This document shows, in pieces, positions 57,541-64,000 of a DNA stretch of 64,000 nt. Each line of letters starts with the position of its first letter. Position 1 is the stretch's first letter. Position numbers and translations under genes: made by a program. The DNA is from an uncultured Acidobacteriota bacterium (GTDB taxonomy: Bacteria > Acidobacteriota > Thermoanaerobaculia > Multivoradales > JAHEKO01). The notes beneath the pieces are model-generated. The model made no database searches. It saw only the letters and a list, made by a program, of their open reading frames with translations, and was not told where the DNA came from. The stretch lies in assembly GCA_963713825.1 (NCBI GenBank), contig CAVQNG010000005.1:1-64000 (forward strand), written 5' to 3'.

Positions 57541-60245
57541 CTGGAGGCGAGCTTCTCCGTCCAATTTAAGACCAGAGATGCTCTCGTCGAACCCAAGTTG
57601 TCTTCCGGTTGCAGGACCAGGAACCTGCTTCCATCTGCAGAGACGTCAAAGGTGAAGTCGCCTGTCAGGAAGGGGCGATACGAGAACAGCGTTGTCTCTT
57701 GCCCGCCTCGGAAACCGTCCTCGGAAGTTTCGACGGGTGCCGCTTTCATCTCTCCTGAAGGGGAGAGGTAGAAGATCTCTTTGCCGTCGCCACGCCACTG
57801 TGCGTAGTCACCGCCCGCGCTCGAGACCTGCCATTTCCCTTCGAGGTCGGGAAACGAGGTCACGAAGACCTCGCGGATTCCCGACTCGTCGGAGGTATAG
57901 GCGAGCCAGCGGTTGTCGGGTGAGAAGGCGCAAGGCCACTCATTGAAGTCGCCGCCACGCAGTTCGACCGGCTCGGTCGAGTTTCCCCTCATCCTCAGCC
58001 CCAAGAGCTGTTCTCCTTCGACCTCCGAGCGTCCGTAGCACAGCCACTCGCCGTCAGAGGACCAATCATAGACCCACAGATCCCTGGTGTCGGAGGCGAT
58101 CAGCTCTTCCGTAGCGGTGCCGCTGACCGCCTTCTTGTAGATATCAAAGGAACCAGTTCGATTGTCACTATAGGCGATGGTACGACCATCCGGAGACCAG
58201 GCTGCGTTGCCAGTGTCCAGGCCGTCATCTGTGCTGGAGCTGAAGGTGAAGCGCGTTTTGACTCCTCGGTCCAGATCGAGAAGCCAGAGGTCTGCGCCTC
58301 CGCTCTTGGTATCTGCGATGGATATGGAAGCCGTACCTCCATCCGGTGACAGTCGAATCGACTGATAGGTCGCGGGCTCGCCTACGACCTCGACCGTTTT
58401 TCCCTCCCGATCCATCCAAACGATCGAGGCCGCCATGTTGATCAAGCCTCCAGGGTGAAAGGCCAGGACGCCGTTCGACGAGGCCGAGAAGGTCCCCATG
58501 GTGAAGGCGGAGTCGAAGAGTACGTTCTCTAACAACGGGATGGGATCGCCAGTGGTTTCCAAGCGGTCGGTATCGAAAGGCTGCGCGATGAGAGTCGACT
58601 CACGCATGTAGAGCAGGTGACCGGAGGCATAGGCAGCATTGGAAGCCATGTCGAGAACCCGCTTTCGCTCGCCGGTATCGATATCGACAGCAAAAACGCC
58701 CGGGTCGATTCCGGCTCCTCCAGATGTCGAGCGGGCGAGAAAGAGAACATTCCGGCCATCGGGAAGAAAATGGGGATATCGGTGGGTCTGCTCACTGCGC
58801 TCGGCGTCGAGTTGTGTGACCTGCTTGGGCTCGCCGCCGCCCTCGGGAATGCCCATCAACGGGCCTGTGAGATTGGGGGCGTAGACGATCGTGCCGCCCG
58901 ATCCCCAGGTGCCGCCGCGAGTATCGTTGACTTCGGTCAGAGCGATGGGCGGTCCACCCAGAACCGAGATCCGTTTCAAACGGGAACCCGCGAAGAAGCC
59001 GAGGTGTTGGGAGTCTGGTGACCAGAAGGGTCTGATGGCACCCTCCGTACCTGGAAGAGGGCTACCCATCGATTGATCGAGAGATCGGTGCCACAGCTGC
59101 TGGTTGCCTGCCTCGTCGATAGCCGAAAACGCCAGACGGGTGCCGTCGGGAGATACGACTACAGGTCCGGCGGTGAAGCCCGCTGGAACAAGAAGCACTC
59201 CCTCCGGCATCACGACGCTGGCGTTGACAAGAGGCATCGGTGTAGGAGATCTCTTGAAATAGGCGAGTCCGAAACCTGTGGCAGCCAAGCCAGCCAGGGC
59301 GAATGCAATCCAGGGAACCGCTCGCTTCCAGGTAGGCGGTCCGGGATCGGCGGGAGATCCGGTCGCCGGAGCAAAGGCATCCTCGCCGTTGGTCAGGAAC
59401 GTGCGGATCGCGATTCGAGCCTCGCCGATATCGCGCAGTCGCTCTTGTGGGTCGCGAGTCAGGCAGCGGCGCAGCAGCCGGGTGACCGACACCGGTGTCG
59501 TTTCCGGCAGCAGCGCCAGGTCGGGCTCGGTCTTGAGGACCTCGGCCAGGGTGTCGGAGACGGTATCGCCGGCAAAAAGTTGTTTCCTTGTGAGCATCTC
59601 CCACAAGACCACACCGAAAGCCCAGATGTCGGCCCTCTTGTCGGCCTCCTGGCCACGTGCCTGCTCGGGCGACATGTAGGCTGCCGTTCCCATCAGGACA
59701 CCAACCTGGGTCATCTGTGCGGTGAGCGTGGGAGATAGGGATAGGCCCTGGGGTCCTGGGGTCTTGAGGTCTTGGGGGTCCAGTGCCTTGGCAAGGCCGA
59801 AGTCGAGGACCTTGACGGTGCCGTTTGGCGTGACCTTGACGTTGGCGGGCTTGAGATCCCGATGGACAACCCCTTGCTCATGGGCCTCCTCGAGGGCGCT
59901 CGCCACTTGCGCCGCCATCTCCAGGGCGTTCTCGGGTGAAACGCCCTGTTCGATGAGCTCCTGCAGGGTCTCGCCGTCAATGAGCTCGAGTACAAGGAAC
60001 CGTTTGTCGTCGGCTTCTTCGAGACCGTAGATGGCTCCGATGTTCGGGTGGTTGAGCGAGGCGAGAACTTTGGCCTCACGCTCAAAGCGGGCCAGACGCT
60101 CCGGATCGCTGGCAACGGCCTCGGGTAGCACCTTGATCGCCACCTCGCGACCGAGCTTTGTGTCCTCGGCTCGGTACACCTCACCCATGCCGCCTTCGCC
60201 GAGCTTGGCGGTGATTTTGAAGTGAGAAAGAGTGGTGCCGATCAC
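57537..60245 (-). CDS. Membrane Ser/Thr kinase with TolB/PD40 beta-propeller (GTG start)
   Basis: VIGTTLSHF start matches paralogues; kinase motifs, TM, VLNW end. Confidence 0.92.
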   Translation of the reverse strand: MIGTTLSHFKITAKLGEGGMGEVYRAEDTKLGREVAIKVLPEAVASDPERLARFEREAKVLASLNHPNIGAIYGLEEADDKRFLVLELIDGETLQELIEQGVSPENALEMAAQVASALEEAHEQGVVHRDLKPANVKVTPNGTVKVLDFGLAKALDPQDLKTPGPQGLSLSPTLTAQMTQVGVLMGTAAYMSPEQARGQEADKRADIWAFGVVLWEMLTRKQLFAGDTVSDTLAEVLKTEPDLALLPETTPVSVTRLLRRCLTRDPQERLRDIGEARIAIRTFLTNGEDAFAPATGSPADPGPPTWKRAVPWIAFALAGLAATGFGLAYFKRSPTPMPLVNASVVMPEGVLLVPAGFTAGPVVVSPDGTRLAFSAIDEAGNQQLWHRSLDQSMGSPLPGTEGAIRPFWSPDSQHLGFFAGSRLKRISVLGGPPIALTEVNDTRGGTWGSGGTIVYAPNLTGPLMGIPEGGGEPKQVTQLDAERSEQTHRYPHFLPDGRNVLFLARSTSGGAGIDPGVFAVDIDTGERKRVLDMASNAAYASGHLLYMRESTLIAQPFDTDRLETTGDPIPLLENVLFDSAFTMGTFSASSNGVLAFHPGGLINMAASIVWMDREGKTVEVVGEPATYQSIRLSPDGGTASISIADTKSGGADLWLLDLDRGVKTRFTFSSSTDDGLDTGNAAWSPDGRTIAYSDNRTGSFDIYKKAVSGTATEELIASDTRDLWVYDWSSDGEWLCYGRSEVEGEQLLGLRMRGNSTEPVELRGGDFNEWPCAFSPDNRWLAYTSDESGIREVFVTSFPDLEGKWQVSSAGGDYAQWRGDGKEIFYLSPSGEMKAAPVETSEDGFRGGQETTLFSYRPFLTGDFTFDVSADGSRFLVLQPEDNLGSTRASLVLNWTEKLASR

Positions 60246-60258
60246 GAAGATCCCTCGG

Positions 60259-62646
60259 CTATCCTCTGGCCGCCATGCGATCCACCAGTTCCTGAAATCG
60301 GGGATCGTCACGGATGTTGTCGAGATCGCTGTCCTGGCGTAACCACTCGACGTCGGTCTTGCCGGCCGCGACCGATTTCTCCATGGCGTCGATGGCCAGG
60401 TCGACCTCCCCGGCCAGCGAGTAGAAGCAGGCCACGTTGTAAAGCAGCAATCCGTCGTCGGCTGCACTGTCGAGCACCATCTCGACCGCAGCAAACGCTT
60501 TGTCGCGCTGACCTAGGGCCAGCAACCCGGTCGCAGCAGTGAGGCGAACATTCAGATCGTCGGGGTAGAGCTCCAGATGACGAGTCGCCCACTCGAACAT
60601 TCGTCCATAGGCTCTCAGTGCGTCCTCTTCACGGCCCAGACTCGTGTAGACCTGAGGCAAGATGTTGATCGCACTCCGAGTCTCGGGGTCCAACTCGATC
60701 GACTTCTCCCACAGCTCTGCCGCCCTCTCCAGATCACCTTGCCTGTAGAGGAGAGACCCGTAGGCGACGTAATTTGCGGAGCTAGTCGGATCGAGCCGGA
60801 TGGCCTGCTGCAGCTCGGCCTCTGCGCCGGTAAGTTCGTCAGCTCTTTGAAGGTAGAGTGCCCGAGCGCGGTGGGCCTCGGCAAGGTCGGGGGCCAGGGC
60901 CAAGGCCTCGGCACTGGCCTGGCCGGCTGCCTCGAGATTGGCCGGGTCGGCTCCGGCGAAGTGGTAGAGGCTCTCGTGGGCCTTGGTCAGGCCCACCCAG
61001 GCCAACGCATATCCGGGATCGACCTCCGCAGCCCGCTCGTACATCTGAAGGGCGAACTCCCTCGCCTCGGGGGTACCCTGTCTCCGATACTGCTCGCCAC
61101 GCAGATAGAAGTCGTAGGCTTGGGTGTTGTCGGTGCCGCCAAGCTCGACGACGGTTTGGGCGTCGGGTGCCAACTCCAGCCGGAGCGCATCCGCGATACT
61201 GCCAGCGATCTCGTCTTGAACCGCGAAGACATCCTCCAGCTCGCGGTCATAGGTCTCCGACCACAGCTTGAAACCGTCGCTGACCTGGACCAGCTGGGTC
61301 GAGATACGCAACCGATTGCCGGCCTTGCGAACGCTACCTTCGAGGACGGTTTCCACCCCGAGTCGGTCGCCCACCCTTTGAATATCGAGATCCTTGCCCT
61401 TGAGCGCAAAGATCGCCGTGCGCGATGGCACCTTGAGTCCCTCGATCGTACCCAGAGCCTGGAGGAGCTCCTCGGTCATGCCGTCAGTGAAATACTCCTG
61501 GTCCTTTTCTGGGCTGAGATCCGCGAAGGGCAGAACTGCCACCGAGGGGGCGGCGGAAACAGGCGTCCGGGGGGACTCCGTCTCGACAGTCTGTTCCTTT
61601 CTGCCACGTCCGATCCACCAAGTCGCTGCCGCGACCAGGAACAGGGCTGCCCCGATCAGGGCCCACTTGCCGAGCTGTCCTCTCGCAGGTACTGGCATCG
61701 CCGCGGAGGAAACCGCGGAGCTCGGTGCCGAGCTGGCAGCTGGCATGGATTGATCCGTTAGCTGGGAGGTGCTGGTCGCAACCACCGAATCGGACTGAAC
61801 TTCGTCGCGCAGGCCATCCAGCTCGTTGCGGATGTCCTTCGCCGATTGGTAGCGCCGTTCGGGATCCTTCTCGAGGCAGCGTTGGATGATGCGACCCAAA
61901 TGACGCGGCAGATCGGCTCGCACCTCGGTTACTACCGCGGGAGTCTCACGAAGGATTCTCGACGCCAGATCGATACCGCTCTCGCCCTGGAAGGGGCGCT
62001 GGCCGGTGGTCATCTCATAGAGCACAACACCGAGCGAGAAGATGTCGGTCCGGTCATCGACCACCTTGCCCTGAAGCTGCTCTGGAGACATGTAGGGAGC
62101 AGTGCCCATGACCGTACCTTCCTTGGTCAGGGTCGCGGCTTCGGTGGCAGCTTCCTCGGTCGGGGCCTGGGCCTCGGTCGCCAGCTTGGCCAGCCCGAAG
62201 TCCAACATCTTGACCCGGCCATCGGAGGTGACCATGACATTTGCGGGCTTCAGGTCCCGATGGACGATGCCCTTCTCGTGCGCTGCGGCGAGTGCATCGG
62301 CCATCGGGATGGCGATGTCGAAAACCTTCGCCAGCGGCATACCCTGGGGCGGCACGAGTTGGTCGAGGCTCTCGCCCTCGACGAGCTCCATGATCAGAAA
62401 GCGTTGCCCGCTGTCCTCTTCGATGCTGTAGATGGCGACGATGCTCGGATGATTGAGCGCGGCCACTGCCTTGGCCTCGCGGCGAAAGCGCTCCAGGCGC
62501 TCAGGGTGGTCGGCCATCGCCGCCGGCAGCACCTTGAGAGCGACCTTGCGGTCGAGCTCGGTGTCCTCGGCCAGATACACCTCACCCATTCCACCTGCGC
62601 CGAGCTTGGCGGTGACTCGGAAGTGAGAGAGGGTAGTGCCGATCAT
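60259..62646 (-). CDS. Membrane Ser/Thr kinase with TolB_N+TPR
   Basis: Kinase motifs, TM WALIGAALFLVAAATWWI, SVAVLPF, YNVACFYS...DSDLDNIRDDPRF end. Confidence 0.92.
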   Translation of the reverse strand: MIGTTLSHFRVTAKLGAGGMGEVYLAEDTELDRKVALKVLPAAMADHPERLERFRREAKAVAALNHPSIVAIYSIEEDSGQRFLIMELVEGESLDQLVPPQGMPLAKVFDIAIPMADALAAAHEKGIVHRDLKPANVMVTSDGRVKMLDFGLAKLATEAQAPTEEAATEAATLTKEGTVMGTAPYMSPEQLQGKVVDDRTDIFSLGVVLYEMTTGQRPFQGESGIDLASRILRETPAVVTEVRADLPRHLGRIIQRCLEKDPERRYQSAKDIRNELDGLRDEVQSDSVVATSTSQLTDQSMPAASSAPSSAVSSAAMPVPARGQLGKWALIGAALFLVAAATWWIGRGRKEQTVETESPRTPVSAAPSVAVLPFADLSPEKDQEYFTDGMTEELLQALGTIEGLKVPSRTAIFALKGKDLDIQRVGDRLGVETVLEGSVRKAGNRLRISTQLVQVSDGFKLWSETYDRELEDVFAVQDEIAGSIADALRLELAPDAQTVVELGGTDNTQAYDFYLRGEQYRRQGTPEAREFALQMYERAAEVDPGYALAWVGLTKAHESLYHFAGADPANLEAAGQASAEALALAPDLAEAHRARALYLQRADELTGAEAELQQAIRLDPTSSANYVAYGSLLYRQGDLERAAELWEKSIELDPETRSAINILPQVYTSLGREEDALRAYGRMFEWATRHLELYPDDLNVRLTAATGLLALGQRDKAFAAVEMVLDSAADDGLLLYNVACFYSLAGEVDLAIDAMEKSVAAGKTDVEWLRQDSDLDNIRDDPRFQELVDRMAARG

Positions 62647-62708
62647 CGGTCGTTGCGGCCGGCACGGGGTCCGGCCGCTTCAGGCTCCTTATGGGTAGTG
62701 CCGATCAT
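62643..62708 (-). other. 21-aa junction mini-ORF MIGTTHKEPEAAGPRAGRNDR spanning a REP hairpin
   Basis: ATGA overlaps at both ends; ATGATCGGCACTACCC duplicated exactly; hairpin at 62655-62682. Confidence 0.6.
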
Positions 62709-64000
62709 GGGGTGGCCGTGAACATCTGCTCGAGCTCGTCGAACCAGTTGGTGACCATGACGACGTGATCGATCGTATCCGCGCTGTTGGATCCCTGGAA
62801 CATCACCAGGTATTCGGCGCCAGGTGCGACATCGTAGTCCAGGCTCGGGAACAGATCGATAAACCGGGTCTCGAAGAGAGTCTCGGGCCGCTTGGCTCGA
62901 AAGGTGTCTCCCGCGGTCTCGACCGAGGCCGTCGAAATGCCCAAGGCCGTTCGATAGAAGATCTGCTTCTGATCCGACGACCACGTTGGGTAGGTGGCCC
63001 GTTCACCGCCGGCAGAGATCTGCCACTCGCCTCGCCCTGAAGGGAACGGCCGCACGTAAGCCTCGAATCCCCCTGACTCGTTGGAGCCGTAGGTGATCCA
63101 GTTGCCATCGGGGGAAATTCTGCCACCGTACTCGATGAACTTCGTGGTGAGGAACATCTCGGGTTCCCCTTCGCCTTCGAGCTCCATGGTCATGATGTCC
63201 CAGTTGCTCTCTGGGTTGATTTGACTGAAGACGAGTGTTTTGCCATCGGGGGTAAGAGAACTGGGAGCCTGATCAAGATCGGTTTCGGTCAGTCGAACGG
63301 GCTGCTCAGAGCCATCGGCTGCGACGCGGAAGATGTCGTAAGAGTTTCCCCGGTCGGACTGGAAGTAGATCCACTCGCCGTCTGGAGACCAGACAGGTCC
63401 GGTGTCGTCGCCTTCGTCGAAGGTCAATCGGGTGTGAATGCCCCGGTCGAGATCTTCGACCCAGATGTCACCGTTGCCGCTCTCCGAAGCGATGTCGAGG
63501 GCGAGCCGGCGACCATCGGGTGAGAAGGCCGGGGTCCAGAACGTGCCGGAATCTTCGAGAAGTGGAGACACGAGGCCGTCCAGATCGACCCGCACCGCAT
63601 CGTAGGCGGCCGCACTCGCGGCACCCTGCATATAGACCAACTTGCCGTTGTCAGAAACGGCGTAGTGAGCCGTGCCGTAGGCACCCTCGTTGGTCGTCAG
63701 GGACTCGATGACCGGACCGGGAGAGCCTTGGAGCTCCAGGGTGACGGGGTCCATCGGTACCGCGTAGAGCGTTCCCTCACGAGCGTAGAGTAGATGTCCC
63801 GAGTTGGCCCAACGCGGGTAGGTACCGCCCTGGATCAGCACCTTTCTTTCGCCCGACTCCAGATCGAGGACCTCGATCGTGGCCTCTGCAAAACGGGCAT
63901 TCTCGGTGTGGGACACGAAGAGGACGGCCTTGCCATTGGGCAGAACATGCGGCCAACGATGGGTGATCTCTCCCTTCTCCTCATCGAGTGTCGTCAGCTG
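62705..64000 (-). CDS. C-terminal TolB/PD40 propeller of another probable kinase (N-terminus outside window)
   Basis: Frame open to right edge (HRWPHVLPNG), SPDG repeats, VTNW end like the paralogues. Confidence 0.8.
   Translation of the reverse strand, partial: QLTTLDEEKGEITHRWPHVLPNGKAVLFVSHTENARFAEATIEVLDLESGERKVLIQGGTYPRWANSGHLLYAREGTLYAVPMDPVTLELQGSPGPVIESLTTNEGAYGTAHYAVSDNGKLVYMQGAASAAAYDAVRVDLDGLVSPLLEDSGTFWTPAFSPDGRRLALDIASESGNGDIWVEDLDRGIHTRLTFDEGDDTGPVWSPDGEWIYFQSDRGNSYDIFRVAADGSEQPVRLTETDLDQAPSSLTPDGKTLVFSQINPESNWDIMTMELEGEGEPEMFLTTKFIEYGGRISPDGNWITYGSNESGGFEAYVRPFPSGRGEWQISAGGERATYPTWSSDQKQIFYRTALGISTASVETAGDTFRAKRPETLFETRFIDLFPSLDYDVAPGAEYLVMFQGSNSADTIDHVVMVTNWFDELEQMFTATP

Overview
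GC-rich bacterial window; the gene content suggests Acidobacteriota, Thermoanaerobaculia-like (inference only). About 34 of the 64 kb encode a paralogous array of Hanks-type Ser/Thr kinases: 12 with a visible kinase domain plus one cut by the right edge. Eight carry TolB/PD40 beta-propeller C-termini and five carry TolB_N+TPR C-termini. They are interspersed with eight type II toxin-antitoxin loci (three with damaged toxins), seven secreted proteins sharing a C-terminal F-x-D-G-F-E-S-G-D-x-x-x-W motif, a DUF222/HNH endonuclease with a duplicated 22-bp perfect palindrome, and ordinary enzymes and transporters. The most unusual signals are small. (1) A ~27-bp GAAG-footed REP-like hairpin has about 18 copies. 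(2) At two kinase-kinase junctions it lies between duplicated copies of the kinase start sequence, forming 21-aa relay ORFs; a third copy of this unit sits in front of relBE at a ghost kinase 5' end. (3) Palindromes and 7/8-bp tandem repeats are inserted at the same two loops of the kinase domain. (4) Kinase domains are mosaics of each other, and gene remnants mark cassette-like turnover. No tRNA, rRNA, CRISPR array, integrase or transposase was seen. All calls come from reading the sequence by eye; no searches were run.
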